DNA of 64,000 nucleotides from Balanoglossus misakiensis (lineage: Eukaryota > Animalia > Hemichordata). Positions 1-12,876 of this stretch are shown piece by piece. Below the pieces are notes generated by a model that did no database searches, had not been told where the DNA came from, and saw nothing but the letters and a program-made list of their open reading frames with translations. Position numbers and translations under genes: made by a program. The number at the start of each line of letters is the position of its first letter. Positions within the stretch are counted from its first letter, which is position 1. The DNA lies in the NCBI GenBank assembly GCA_040954595.2, contig CM082590.2, positions 372,001 through 436,000 of the forward strand, in the 5' to 3' direction.

Positions 1-1250
1 TAACCAAAAGGGCTAGAGGTCTGGTTTTTGTTGGCCATGGACAACTATGGGTCAAAATTTTCTGCCCAAATTTTGGGTGACCTCAGATGACCTTTGACCT
101 ACTTAACACTATATCAGCACCAAACATAGATATAACCTTGATATTTCTTGGGATAAAACACAGCATTATGTTTCTACTCATTAATTATGTGCATATCTAA
201 TAATCTGATCAGATAATAGAGCTTGGGCCCGGACAATGCTGCTTGCAGCTTTAATTGGTATTGTTGGAATTTTTCTTATTCTTCTTCCGAGAAATTCGGC
301 CAGGTAGATCTGGAAAACCGCAGCACCTAGGGGGCTGAAACTTGGTAGGGTGATAGGGGCCAATGAGTAGACGTGCAGTGGCTCGTGAATATTTAATTAG
401 TCACGTGACCTGGCGGCCAAATTGGATTTCCTGAAAATCTTTAAACGAGTCCTTCTCAAAAACTGCTGGGCCGATCGAGTTCAAATTTGGTGTGCAGGTA
501 GCCTACCTTCTGTCCATCATTTTACCCAATTGAAATCATGACGTCACACATGAAGTTTTTTTGCTACAATTGTTTTTCTGAAAAACTACTTAAAACTTTA
601 AAAATCTTCTTCTCCAGAACCAGCGATTGCCGAGTCATGGGATTCGGGGTTATGTGGTCACCTAACCTATGTCTATCAAGTTTGCGAAGCGCACTGTGAT
701 TGGTCGATCATTATGGCGGCCATGTTGGATTATCGGAAAACAATTGAAAAATGAAAATTCCATTTTGTAGCCAAAATGTTGACAGCACGGAAATTCTTTT
801 TTTGGATATGAGTCATCATATGACCGGAAGTTGTCACAATTTTTCGGGGCAATTTTCACATGACCTTTGACCTAGTTTTAAAACAACTAATTATATATGC
901 ATATTCCCCATACCTCCTCTTGTCAAAGCACCACAGTCATGAATTTGTGGACATGGGTACCAATGCTGCCAGGACATGACACAAATATTTCTGTAATTTT
1001 GGCAATGACCCTTGACCTATTTCTGAAACATCATTTTTCTGCATATCTTATTCCAGGCTAACCAATAGGGCTAGAGGTCTGGTTTTAGTTGGACATGGCC
1101 CACTCTGGGCTCAAAATTTTATGCCCAAATTTTGGGTGACCTTGGATGACCTTTGATCTACTTTCCCATATCTCAGCATCCACAGCAGTTAGAGTCCTGG
1201 CTTTTGGGGGGCCGATGTAGCACATATGGAGTCTTACACAAGACCTCATT
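1..1250 (+). mobile_element. HINE/Helentron-like non-autonomous elements: 3' end of one copy (1-256) joined to the body of another
   Basis: The 3' terminus GAGCTTGGGCCC-ggacaat-GCTGC-TT-GCAGC-TTTAA at 219-255 is identical to the unit ends in the 56-64 kb array. It is followed by GGTATTGTTGGAATTTTTC(TTC)n, the sequence that normally follows the 5' hairpin. TGACCTTTGACCT monomers are present. Confidence 0.75.
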
Positions 1251-2221
1251 AATTGTTTTTTTTCTTTTAGAATTTTTTGTTCTTCGCGCAAACGATTCAT
1301 GCCAAACTGCTACAGTGAATATACGTGCACGCACAACGAAACCACAAAAGATCGAAACCTAAAAATGCGGCAGCAACTGACACTATTTCCTTAAATACCA
1401 CAAGGCCGGGAGGCATGAATTGCAATTAAGATAATAAAGAAATTTCGACAATGATACTGTGTTGTGTGAGTTACATGATTGTGTTTCTATATATAACTAC
1501 TACTCTTACCCCCCATCAGTGTTTGACCCTCGAAAGCTTACGGACACTACTGCTTTGTTTCAACTAATCCTTCGCCCTGTGAATATACCCATACATTGAC
1601 CTTTTGGGGCGGGATTCTTTTTTGGCAGGCAATTCGCCTGTCAGTACCCCCCTTAAGCGCACACGACGTCGACTCTACCACTACATAGTACCGGGCCGCA
1701 GACCAGGAACTGGCGACCCGCCGTTTGTTTCCAACGCCAAATTTGAATCTAATGTTGAATTTCCGAGAAAACAATTTATCTGACCTGTAGTTTTCTTGGC
1801 TCGCTTACGTTTTAATTTGGAAACTTTTAAAAAAATCATATGCCACCGTCTTAATGACTGGCCCCTACTTTAATAATGGTATCGCCATGTTTCGCGGGTT
1901 CGTTGTTTCGCAAAGTATAACTAGCTCAGATTCCATGAACTCGAGATTCTGTGCTATTTTCCTCAATCTACTGGCCGGTTTTGGTTCTCTGCTGAACCAC
2001 TTCTCCGGCCTGGCGTCAACACGGTGAACGGTTCGTGTTTTGAAGCCGTTTCCCATGCACATGGTCAAACCTTCCGGTTTACTGATCTCCCTAGCATATT
2101 ACTATAAAAATTTGATGGAAATTCCAGTGACGCGTTGTGACGTAGCCATGACGCGTTGTGACGTAGGCAAAACGCCAGCGGGCCGAGTTGTAAAAACTCT
2201 CCAGTGAACTAGGGCGTCTGG

Positions 2222-2430
2222 GGTGCTCTCATCGAAAAGAGGGGCGCTCTTTAATCGAAAAGAGGGTGTTCTCATCGAAAAGTGAATACTCTAATCGAAA
2301 AGCTGAGGTACTCTCATCGAAAAGAGGGGCGCTCTTTAATCGAAAAGAGGGTGTTCTGATCGAAAAGTGAATTCTCATCGAAAAGCTATGTACTCTCATC
2401 GAAAAGCGGGTGCTCTCATCGAAAAGCTTG
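2222..2430. repeat. Minisatellite, ~10 copies of a 19-22-bp unit with core CTC(A/T)ATCGAAAAG
   Basis: Repeated ATCGAAAAG cores read directly; the first four units recur as a block. Confidence 0.9.
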
Positions 2431-2799
2431 GTGCTAATTTTGGCATGAATTACACTCCATAGAAAGCCCCATAACATAAAACGCATTATTATACATCTAG
2501 TGCCGAGAACAATAGATTTTGGCGTGCAATAAAAAGCCGTACGGAACGGTACTTACGGAACGCGCGTTAAATAAGCCTTAGTTTCAAGGCGCCCCAAACT
2601 CACCGTGTACAGGTATGCGCTGTTATGCGAACGGTTTCAAGGCGCCCGCATTCCAACGCACGTGCGCACACGTAAACAAAAAAGAAAGATGGCTGCTCAC
2701 TGAGCGGTTTTCGATCGATTGTATCGGCATTTTGGGCGTTTTGAAAGCCAAGTAACATGCAACACAAGAACTAACGGAGATGTAAGATGTATAATAATA

Positions 2800-2928
2800 A
2801 GGTTATTACGAAAATACCGCAAAGTATGCACGAGGACATTAGCGCAGCGCATCGCCCTCCGCTACGCGTCGGGCGATACTCAGCGCTAATGTCCTCGTGC
2901 ATACTTTGCGGTATTTTCGTAATAACCT
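2800..2928. repeat. Long palindrome with ~46-bp perfect arms, probable small non-autonomous element
   Basis: AGGTTATTACGAAAATACCGCAAAGTATGCACGAGGACATTAGCGC and its reverse complement; inner ATCGCCC/GGGCGAT stem around TCCGCTACGCGTC. Confidence 0.85.
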
Positions 2929-3009
2929 CATAATACTTTGATTGGTAATCTTGACAACTGTCGATTGTGAACTGCTTGACAAAGCTTTTAAATTGTCACT
3001 GCTTGCACG

Positions 3010-4146
3010 TTTAAAAAACTGTAATCATCAATGGACGAAGATCCCAAAGTAGTACTTTGGGAAAATTGCAGGATTAGATCTTTTATCACAGTGTAACTTT
3101 GACATTAACTTTTTGCCTGTTACTATACCTCAATACTACAGAGACGTGTTGAAATATTATCACGATTTGAGAGCTGTAATAGATGATAGTAGCCATAACG
3201 AAACCATTTGGAATAATAAGAACATTTTAATTGATAATTATTCTGTATTTTTTAAAGATTGGTATGACAAGGGTGTTATGTATATATCAGATCTATGTGA
3301 AAAGGGTAAATACCTCTCCCGGGACAAGTTTTCAACAAAATATAACATTGACAAGAGTCAGTTTCTCAAATATCATAGCCTCATCCACGCTATTCCAGAA
3401 ACCATCAATTTTTTTTATAAAACCAGACATACATCTGTAAATGAAAAATTAGTTAGAAGCAAATTTGTACCTCCCAGAAGTCAAGCCTACATTGAAAGGT
3501 TGTATAATATTTCCCCTGATTGGAAAATTATTAGGAGCAGGATTAAAAATACAACAATAGAAGAGAAAATGCGTAATTTTCAGTACAAAATTTTGCACAG
3601 GATAATTGCGACTAATAAGTTTCTACATATTAGAAAACTACGCCCTAATGACCTATGCGATCATTGCAATAATACCGAAACAATGGAGCACTTATTCTGG
3701 GAATGTACAAAAGCTAACAAATTTTGGAAAGATTTTGAGTTATTTTGGTCAAACAAATCGAAGCATACACTTCAGTTGAATTGCCAAACAGTAGTTATTG
3801 GCTCAGATTTGTACAATTCAAAAGATTCTTTTCTTTTTTAATCACCTTTTATTATTGGGGAAATACTTTATCTATACAGCCAGATTTAATTCCCACCCTT
3901 TGAACTTTCATTTATTTATGGATAAAATTAGAGAAGTCCGCTGTGTTGAAGGTAAACTTGCAAAATATAGAAAAACTGTAAATCAGTATGAAACAAAATG
4001 GGCAGTACTGTGAGTTGTAACAAATCTTACTTTTTCTATCTTTGTAAGCGATAATCTTTATTGACCTCGCTTGTTGTTTTGTGTTTTTGTGTTGTATTTG
4101 TTGTGTCATTTGTTTCCTATAAAAATTAATAAAAAAAGAAAGAAAG
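3010..4146 (+). pseudogene. 5'-truncated L1/Tx1-type LINE: ORF2 C-terminus with zf-RVT zinc finger and A-rich tail
   Basis: ORF 3113-3841 has IWNNKNILID, FFKDWYDKG, FQYKILHRIIATN and CDHCNNTETMEHLFWEC. It frameshifts into NHLLLLGKYFIY...KW (3798-4013). AATAAA and an A-rich tail lie at ~4128-4146. Confidence 0.85.
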
Positions 4147-4492
4147 ATAAGCTAGGACTTCTACAGAGGGAACTGGGAGTGAAAGGGGTGTGACAGTGTC
4201 GCCGAGGTTGATTTTTGCATATACAGTGAAACCTGTCAAAACCGGACCTTGTTTAATCTGGAAACCTCCCTATACCACCTTTTCCCATCCCTTTGGCATA
4301 GAAGCAAATGTTAAAAGAACCTCTACAAAGAAATCACCTTCAAGTTCAACAACCAATTTTGGCTAAAATCAAAGAAAAATATTGAATTTGTAGGGCTTCA
4401 AAATAATGCATTGTGGGAAAAGCAACAAGTGTGACTGTTGTACCATGTGACCGGATCTCAACTATTGTAGTGCTGGAGCGAAGCACTGTTGA

Positions 4493-4897
4493 CAGTGTTC
4501 GAAATTCATAGGGAAAATCAACCAGTCACCAGGACTGGCAACTTCAAAAAGTTGCCAGTCCTGCCAAAAACTTACCAGTCCTGATATTATGCCTTACACT
4601 TAAATGTAATCAAATACAACTGAGAAGCTATTACCTTATCTGTGAACAATTGAAGATGGGATGGAATCATCTTTCTCTTTACATTACTTTGATTTGATAA
4701 TTTTCAAACTTTTACATCATTGTTTCTTTTATTTGCAATACATGAACTGGGGAAAGTCTAAAAGATGTAATGATACCACTGGTTAACTCCCATGCTAAAT
4801 TCAACCTGTCTGTCGTACTGGTAACATTTTATTTTTATCAGTCCTACAGAAAAACAACCAGTCTCGGACCGTCGGACAGGCTTTATTTCGTACAATG
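4493..4897. mobile_element. hAT-like MITE with 7-bp TSD
   Basis: Imperfect TIR CAGTGTTCGAAAT / ATTTCGTACAATG; flanking direct repeat CTGTTGA at 4486-4492 and 4898-4904. Confidence 0.7.
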
Positions 4898-6009
4898 CTG
4901 TTGATTCAATGGATGCAAAATGTTCTCACACGAAAAGGCCCCAACACTGGTACACCCCGCTGGTGGTATACCTAAAGCTATTGATGCTAACTCACAAAAG
5001 TCTTGAAAATCACTCTGGTACTGACAAACTGGCGTCGAAGACCAAAGCACAGGGATACCACAGTGTGGAAACGAACCATGGGTGTATTGGCGGCAGAGTG
5101 TTCTAATCATTCATGAAGTTTTTCCCAATATTTATAACCAGTCCAGCCAGAAGTGGAGAAATCAATGATTTTCAAGCGACAATGGGCAAAAAAGATTACA
5201 CCAATGATTACAGGCAGGATGTTAAATTAAATCAAAAGTGAGAACGGCTTGCTTTGTTTCTTTGCACGGTCGCCACCTTTAGTCAATCCACGCCAACTAC
5301 CTGTACCAACCTAACAACTCATCGCATATCATTTTCATCTAATTACAGGCTGCTCACAAGTACTTGCTGACAAAGTGAGACTGTGTTATGAATTCTTTTT
5401 GTCTGCAAAACTCCAATATGCTTTGGATATACTTGATGATATTATCATATCATAACATGAATTGGTGTAGAAACAAACTTATGTATAAAATTTACAGCTT
5501 TCAATTGAGCGGCACAATACAGGGAGATAAGAACTTCTTTTCCTGTCAACTGTAACATTAGAACATAAACATTTGATTTTGGTGCCACTGATAATGAAAT
5601 TAGTCTAGACATCAAATTAAGTATGTCCTTGTTTATATTGAAGTTTCAAAAGAAACAAACTAAAATGTCTTTCAGTGTGCATCTATTTGAAGTTAATTTA
5701 TGTCATTTCTTTGTACAGATAAGAAAACGCATACATGTATAGATGACCCCTCTGTTACTATTAACACATATTGCCACAAGTCTGATTACTATAGTGGTTC
5801 TGTAATCAAATTATGTTAATGTTTCAGTTGACAGGAAAAGACATTGTTCCATTTTCCCTGTAATGTGCTGCTCAATCGAAATCTGTAATATACGGTCGCT
5901 ATTGTACTTGCAACTAATTTGAATCGACGAACATGGTTCTAAAAATCAGAACAAAATGACCGTCTGGCACTATTACGCAAAATTGTAACATTTTGTCATT
6001 TGTCATTAC

Positions 6010-6206
6010 CTGGATGATGGCGGTTGTGGTGAGTGCATGATACTATCGGATGTTGGAGGTCTAGATAAGTCCATATTACCCCCACTGGGTGGTCTTGCAT
6101 AGTCCATATAGCCTTCATTTGTTGGCCGTTCAATGGTGACTGTTGCAGCTCCATGAGCCCTGGATGATGGCCTTTCCAGTGCACTTCCTGACTGTGCTCT
6201 TTGATG
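6010..6206 (-). CDS. Probable internal exon of a host gene (low-complexity, RPPS/RPSS repeats)
   Basis: On the minus strand a TTGCAG| acceptor and a CAG|GTAATG donor bracket the open frame HQRAQSGSALERPSSR...SPQPPSS. The composition does not look TE-like. Confidence 0.6.
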
Positions 6207-6238
6207 CTGCAATGTACAACATTTCAAGATACCATTAA

Positions 6239-6323
6239 CCCTTTCACCACCATGGTTCAGTCCAGACCCATTGTTTTCTATGGTAAGGTTGGACCTGTAA
6301 AGAGGAAACTGGGGGTGAAAGGG
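6239..6323. mobile_element. 85-bp TTAA-flanked piggyBac-like mini element
   Basis: TTAA|CCCTTTCACC ... GGTGAAAGGG|TTAA; a related fragment lies at ~4150-4190. Confidence 0.75.
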
Positions 6324-8289
6324 TTAAAGCTCCATCAGCTGTAACTTTTTGCTATGTTTTCTGTATTTCTGTTTCGTGCATTTACTGGAGTTACTTGTTC
6401 CAATTCCCAAAGCAAGATGAAATGGCAAGCATTTATATTATGGACACAACATGTATGTGTATTGTTATTGTGCTAAATTTACACACACACACACATACAG
6501 GCTATGTTGACATGCATTTAGTACTAAAAAGTATATTAGCATACTGTTTGGAGTAGAAGAAGAAATTGCATTTGGATCATAGAACCAAAAAACAGAAAAA
6601 ACACGAACACAGCTTGATTTCAGATCTGTTTGCTGCTCACTGCAATGCCATGCCATTCAAATTCTTGTGGAAAAACATTTAAAAAACAACAACTATAACA
6701 TTCACATATGGCTTATACAATGTTTCCTGTAATGAATATCTTGTTCCATTGCAATAGAGCAGTAGAACAGGGTGTCTGGCATGTGTCAGTATATTGATAT
6801 GATAATAAAATGATGACAAAAACAAATCTGTGTCTATGTTTTAATGTAATTTTCAAACGGAATATACGTAATGAAACATGAATTGATCAACTTAACCCTT
6901 TCAGGGACAAAGTCAACTGGTCTTTTTTTGCACAAAACTAAATCTAAATTTTTTACCCATCTTGTAGAATTTTGATCAAGAACTGTTGATAAGGGAAAAG
7001 TTTTTCCATCCAAAATGAACACTCTGAAACATGGGTCTGAAATTAACATATTTTTTATTGATGCAAATGACGTGCTAATGAGATTTCGCTTGGGCATATG
7101 AGGCCAAAGTGCAGAATCAGCGCGTATATGAGCAGGTGAGTTGTGCAGGTTTGAACTTGATTTTCTTGTCACTGGTTGATTGATCGGCGAAAATCTCATC
7201 AGTTTTAGGTAAACTATACAACAGTGTATAATAAAACGCAAGAGGCCGATTTTTGTAAAAACTTCTGCTGTCATCGTCGCATTCTTTGTCCCACTCTGAC
7301 TGAAAAGTAATTCTCCGATTTACATCCCGATTTACTAAGGTTACAGGTCGTGAACAGACTTCATATTTGGGACAAATATTTATTAGATATGCATATTCAC
7401 ACTTGTGGCAAGTTTTAGGGTTCTGCGTCCTTGCCAACAAAACTGACGCAGTGTTTTGTCACGCGGTGCAGCGTGAAATCGACCTCGTCCTGGAATGCAG
7501 AAGTAAAATTAAATATAGGGCTTCACAGTAAGAATAAGCCTTTTGAACTACTTAGACGTATTTTGGAAGTAATTTATCATCTGTTGGGCAATTGGGGTCA
7601 CAAATATCGCCATAAGCCCAACGTGTTTCACCTCTACTGTCTATGGTTTCACGTACAATCTCACTGATAAGGACAGGCTTCGCCAGTGTCCACATCGGGA
7701 CCGCAAATCAATACGCCCTGGCCTACGCACAGATATTTGTGTTCCCGGCGTCACACGGCCGTATAACGCCGGCAACGCACGTGCACAGACCTGTACGCAC
7801 GGCTAGAAACGCCCGCACACATGCGTATATCGGCCCTATTAGCCTGCTCTGGGGGTAGACATACGGGTTAAGGTATTTGTGTATTTTGTACACTATTCAG
7901 GTGCATAGTCTGCATGATTTATTAAAACATATGGACGGCAAAGTGTGTGATTTTCAATCTGTCTTTGCTGATCCCCTTTTGGTGTTTGGCGTGGGAAAGT
8001 TTACAAGTACAGGACAGGAGTTTCAAGGCTGACTGCTAGTTGAACATACTGACATATGTCTGATGTCCCAACAAGAAAACAAAGTTTGTAAATATTCCAC
8101 AAAGCCAGTTGTATGTTGGCACGACACTTAAGGATGTACGCGCAGAACGTAAACCGGAAACACTGTGCGCCCGGTCTTTTTCCCATAGGATTACATTGAT
8201 AATCGCCAGAAAACAAACTTCTACTATTGTCATTTTCACGAAATTTTACACATAGCTCAGTCCAGCAAATATAAATTCATTGGTCAAAT

Positions 8290-8625
8290 AAAATATAGGG
8301 GTCACCGCGCTCTATTTTGAGATAAATTACGTTAAAAATTTTGCCCTTAGACAAACCATTGGTGAAAAATGCCGAGTCAGCAGATTTCTTCTATTATCGA
8401 CCAAATACATACAGACGCAACCAATCTCATAAGGTCTTATTGTTTAATACCAATGGGACCTAAATATAGGGGTCACCGCGCTCTATTTTGAGATAAATTA
8501 CGTTAAAAAATTTGCCCATAGACAAACCATTGGTGAAAAATGCTGAGTCAGCAGATTTCTCCTATTATCGACCAAATTCATGGCTCTGTATTACATAAAC
8601 AAGCGTGGTGACCCCTATATTTTAT
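8290..8625. repeat. ~115-bp direct duplication (8290-8405 / 8462-8577) plus an inverted copy of AATATAGGGGTCACC at ~8605-8622; probable DNA-transposon subterminal repeats
   Basis: The near-identical text AAATATAGGGGTCACCGCGCTCTATTTTGAGATAAATTACG... occurs twice. Confidence 0.75.
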
Positions 8626-8834
8626 TACGGATTTTCATTAAACATACAAAGGAGAATAAAAAAATCCACAATTAAAAAAAATGACAATCCTTTCAATTTT
8701 ACTAAGCGTACATCCTTAAATCGTTTTATTAATAAACAAATAATTGTTTTTTTATTGTCACAATCAGTACAAATTTACCAGTATCATTCAATCTAGAATA
8801 AACTGACAGATCGATTTGATATGAAAAGGAAGAC

Positions 8835-8967
8835 CACTGTCAACTATGGAGGACGTGCATTTTCTTTTCCAAAGCTCTGGAACTCACTACCTGATGACAT
8901 TCGTCTAGCTACCAGTCTACACTCTTTTAAGGGGAAACTGAAGACTCACTTGTTTAAAACAGCCTAG
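8835..8967 (+). pseudogene. L2/CR1-type LINE 3' end, coding part; its 3' UTR resumes at 13098-13213
   Basis: Reads YGGRAFSF.PKLWNSLPDDIRLATSLHSFKGKLKTHLFKTA*. After the YR element comes an L2-like tail GGATATTGGTGTCATATAAATG...(GATT)n. Confidence 0.7.
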
Positions 8968-9659
8968 TTTGTGAACACACCACACGGATTGAGGTAGAAA
9001 TAATGGCTTTTAATACCCAAACAAGAAAATCACTCAACAAAACTTAATAAATTACAGAGAAAACGCAAGGGCCAATAAATGGACAATAAAAACTAAAGCA
9101 CGCTAAACCAGCTATACTAGAAAAAACATACTAGTCTAAAAATGGGAGGGTGCCCCTTCAGTCAAGCAGTCAAACCTGGCCCTGTGGGTGAATCCATCCT
9201 GACAGGCCGAAATGTGAGGGAGGTTGTGCACTTCCCGAGAGATGGGGGTCAGGATGAAATACAAGGCCCAAACGAAGGAAGAATGACTGAAGTTGACCCC
9301 CCCCCCCCCAAAAAAAAAGGGAAGTGGTAAAGAGGAAATGGGATGAGATGTTGGAAGAAGTGGCGGTGGGAGTGGGATCCTGGGGGACGGGTCGACCGTG
9401 CGAGCCAAGGTGGAAACGTGGGACGGAAGAGACAATGTGAAGATGCGGCCCAAGGGATCATAACATGATGCGGCTTAGGGGGTGTGGTCCTGGGGGACGG
9501 GTCGACCGTACGAGCCCAGGTGGCATGCCGTGGCACACAAGAAAAGCACAAAAAGCCTACACGGTAAAAACGAGAAAAAAATGGAGGTAAATTTAACAAA
9601 ATAGCAAGTTCGAGGAACAACACTTTCTAATGACTGGCAAGCAAATGAAAGGCATGACG

Positions 9660-10198
9660 CAAGGAGGTCTTGGATATACAACTGGTAACAGTCGCTAGAC
9701 CATCTACCTAAGTACTGAATTAGGTGATCAGGGATCTGAGATGAAGCAGCCGTGGTTGCTGCCCCTATTCGGAAGGAATGTCCGGCGAATAGGTTGGCAT
9801 GAAGACCGAGTCGTGCCAGTACAGAACGTGGCGAAGTTATGAAAGTGTGACGGTCCATGGGGAGTCTGTCCGGCAGGAGAAAAAGGCGGTTCGCTCGGTG
9901 AGGCCTGCATTAGTTGGCGGACGGTAACAAACTGAAGTAGCGTAGAGACCGGGCAAATCTGCGTATGCGTTAGGAATAGGCGCAAGTCAAATCCACGACG
10001 TAATTGGTCAGTTTTGGACATCTTGATGTGGATGGACAGAAAGTTTATGTGGCTATCCGAAGAGTTGATGGTGACGTCGCCAAGGCAGAGATTTGAACTT
10101 GCATGGAAGTGTTGGGTTGTCGTGGAGGAATCCGAAAAATGCCAGAAGGAAGGCTGACTCTAGCAAAAGGTCAAAGTACGCACCAAAGACACCTTGAC
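9660..10198 (-). pseudogene. Tyrosine recombinase of the YR retrotransposon (N-terminus deleted, frameshifted)
   Basis: AFLLAFFGFL, SKTDQ, CPV, GHSFRIGAAT (HxxR), LGRWSSDCYQLYI (catalytic Tyr). It is fused directly to RNase H at ~10198. Confidence 0.88.
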
Positions 10199-11535
10199 CT
10201 TTGTTGATGATGTGAACTGCGGCCGAATTGTCGTAGTGGAGGAGGATACGTTTGCGAGTCCATAGATGGCCCCATAACAGCGCTGCCACAACAATGAGGT
10301 AGAGCTCTTGGAAGGCTATTGACAGTGTGGGGTTGGAATCAAGTTGAAGACCTTTGCTCCACCGATCTTAAAACCATTGGCCTGCGAAGTCGCCCCCGTA
10401 GCCGATACCGCTCGCGTCAGTGTAGAGATCCATGTCGGAGGCAACTGTCGTGTTGGGGTCAGGGAACATGGATACGCCGTTCCAGCTCTCGAGAAAGTTG
10501 TGCCACATAGCAAGATCTTGTCTACTTTCCGCAGAGATGGAAATATGATGGTCGAGCTTGTGTGTTGTCTTCGATAGCTCAATCAAACGCGAAATAAACG
10601 TGCGGCCGGGGATGACAACGCGACACGCAAAATTTAGATGGCCAAGTAGGCTCAGCAACTGCCTTTTTGTACAGGACGGAAGGAAGTGAGCAGCTCGAGG
10701 ATTCTGGCTAGTTTGTCGCGAGGAAAGCGCGCCTCCATTTTGATGGTGTTGAGTATGATGCCGAGATACTCAAGGGTGGTGGTTGGGCCCACAGTTTTGT
10801 GTGGGGCGATAGGGATACCAAGCCGAATAAACAGCAAAGTCAGCAAGGCCATGGTATGATCAGCATCAAAGGACGGGGGTTCAACAGTGAGGAAGTCGTC
10901 CAGAAGATGGAAAATGGTATTGATGCCGTAGACGTGGTGAGCAATCCAGGATACCGCGCAAGAAAGCGAATCAAAGATCTTCGGGCTAGAACGCGAACCG
11001 AACGGGAGACGAACGAAGAAATAGAATTGATTATCCCACTGGATACCATAGAGGTGCCATAGCGACGGGTGTATTGGTACCAGCTTGAAGGCATCTACTA
11101 TCAAATGTCAGTTTTGCAGAGCCATGAACCTTTCCCTGACTTGAGGATGGCAGAAATAGCGTTGTCAATTTTAACGTAGGAAAGGCTGAATTCTTCTTTG
11201 TCAATGAGGTCGTTGATGCTAGAGATTTCAGGGTCATTGCACGGTGAGGAAAGGTCAACGATCAGACGCTTCTTTGTAGAATACTTCTTATCTGCCAGAC
11301 CGATCGGACTACAACGACAATTTGCAAACGGGGGTTGGTCGAACGGGCCAGCTAAGTACCCCTTTTGCACTTCTGTATTTATCAGTTCGGAAACCGCTTG
11401 GGGCTGAGAACGCGCTGACAATAGATTCCGTCCGAAAAAAGAAGAAGAGGGTGCATTGCGGACGCCGGTGTGAAATCCCTGTTGCAGACCCGAGATTAGG
11501 TAGTTGACAAATGCGCGGTCTGGGTGAGTGGTCAA
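10199..11535 (-). pseudogene. Reverse transcriptase / RNase H of the YR retrotransposon (frameshifted)
   Basis: HPDRAFVNYLISGL, RLIVDLS, KTDI/DAFKLVP, LPFGSRSSP, HLLDDFL, LEYLGI; RNase H motifs LYTDASGIGYG and DNSAAVHIINKG. Confidence 0.9.
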
Positions 11536-11586
11536 ATGGTAGGCGAGGCTGTCGATTTCAATTTGTGTGGACGGCTTGGTGGGTAG

Positions 11587-12876
11587 TCAATTTTGGGGTC
11601 GCTGTTTGCCCGAGCACTTTCCCTGGGCTTTGCTGTGGTCACCGGAGAAGCAGATTGAACAGCAATGGGCGAAGGAACAGTTATATTTCTTGCAACCCGT
11701 GGGAGAATTGCAGAGTTCTTTACCCTGATGGAAAACGTGGGGACGTCCTTTCAGGTCCTGTGATGACGGTTGCGATGGTGCGGAGATGGAGTTAACCGAT
11801 TTCTTGCTGCCCGGAGCAAGTTGCGGACATATCTCGGTAGCGTGGGCTACACTTCCGCAAAGGTTGCACAGCGTTGCTCGCAGCCTGGAGAAAATAAATA
11901 AGGTAGTGTCCCGGCGAGACCAATTGACCTTAATGTTGTGGTTTAGCAGCAAACCCGCGGCCCTAGTGGAAAATGCTCGGTGATACTCATAGAACGCCAT
12001 GCCACTAAAACGACGTGACATGTCGACTACGTCCCGCTGGTAGGCGTCCAATTCTTCGCGGCGATTAGGGTAGACCTCGCACATAACGTTTTTATAAACT
12101 GAAAAGGCGAGAATGAACTCTTGAATTGTAAGCGAGCGAGCGAGCTACCCGAGTATCGTGTAAAGGTCGCAGCGACAGGGCCTTGTCGCCAATTACGATG
12201 TGACGCTGGCTATCGTTGAAGCTGTACCACGGAATGAGCAGGCATGCCAAATTGACGTCCTTACCTGCGAGAATATCTCGATGAAGAGAGGGTGATACCA
12301 GTTCGACGTGCGGTAAATTTTCCGAGGAAATACCGCGAGAACGGAGCAGGTCATTGGTAGCGCCAGAGTGGGTGTTTTTAGTGGCCGAGCCCCGGCCGCC
12401 ATCTTGAAAAGTGGTGGTGTTTTGCTCTGTAGGCGGATGTGACGTCACGGGCGATGACGTCATGGGTGCGTTGTTGTTGAACCCTGGATTTCGCTGCTCC
12501 AAAACCAAGCGCGTCAGGTTGTTGACAGAGTCTTGTAGAGAAGTAAACATGGAAGTAGTTACATAATTGTTTTGCTGCTACTGCCTACTGCCTTGGGGGC
12601 GTCGTAAATTTCAGGAATGGAACGATGATCGGCAGGAACTTAGTTGTTGTAGCCTGGAACAGAGGTCGCACGGGTCTCCGTGGCCAGTCTATCCAGATCG
12701 GTGGTACTCGGCGATGCAGACACGGCATCCGGCGTCGCTGAGGAACGGGATTGAGCTCGGGTAGTCGGTCTAACGTACGGTTGAGCTGTTGGGGCTCGTG
12801 ATCGACGTCTGGCGGGCATTTTTCTTCGGTTAGAACACGTAACGACAAAGAGTGGAAACACAAGTTGAAAATGGAG
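11587..12876 (-). pseudogene. gag-like ORF of the YR retrotransposon (frameshifted)
   Basis: VELVSPSLHRDILAGKDVNLACLL, CEVYPNRREELDAY...FYEYHRAFS, a CNLCGSVAH...C knuckle and C-terminal C-x-C-x-H-C-C zinc motifs, spread over ORFs 12640-12951, 12092-12550 and 11587-12084. Confidence 0.8.

Noticed and set aside
2222-2430. CRISPR-like repeat or protein-coding ORF 2229-2486
   Set aside because: The units are too short and the linkers recur; the ORF is a by-product of the minisatellite.
6892-7871. piggyBac bounded by TTAACCC...GGGTTAA, and ORF 6834-7274
   Set aside because: The inverted match does not extend beyond CCC and the ORF has no recognisable domain.
9143-9240. Hammerhead ribozyme in the YR element
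   Set aside because: No CUGANGA/GAAA core in the required arrangement; kept only as an unspecified structure.
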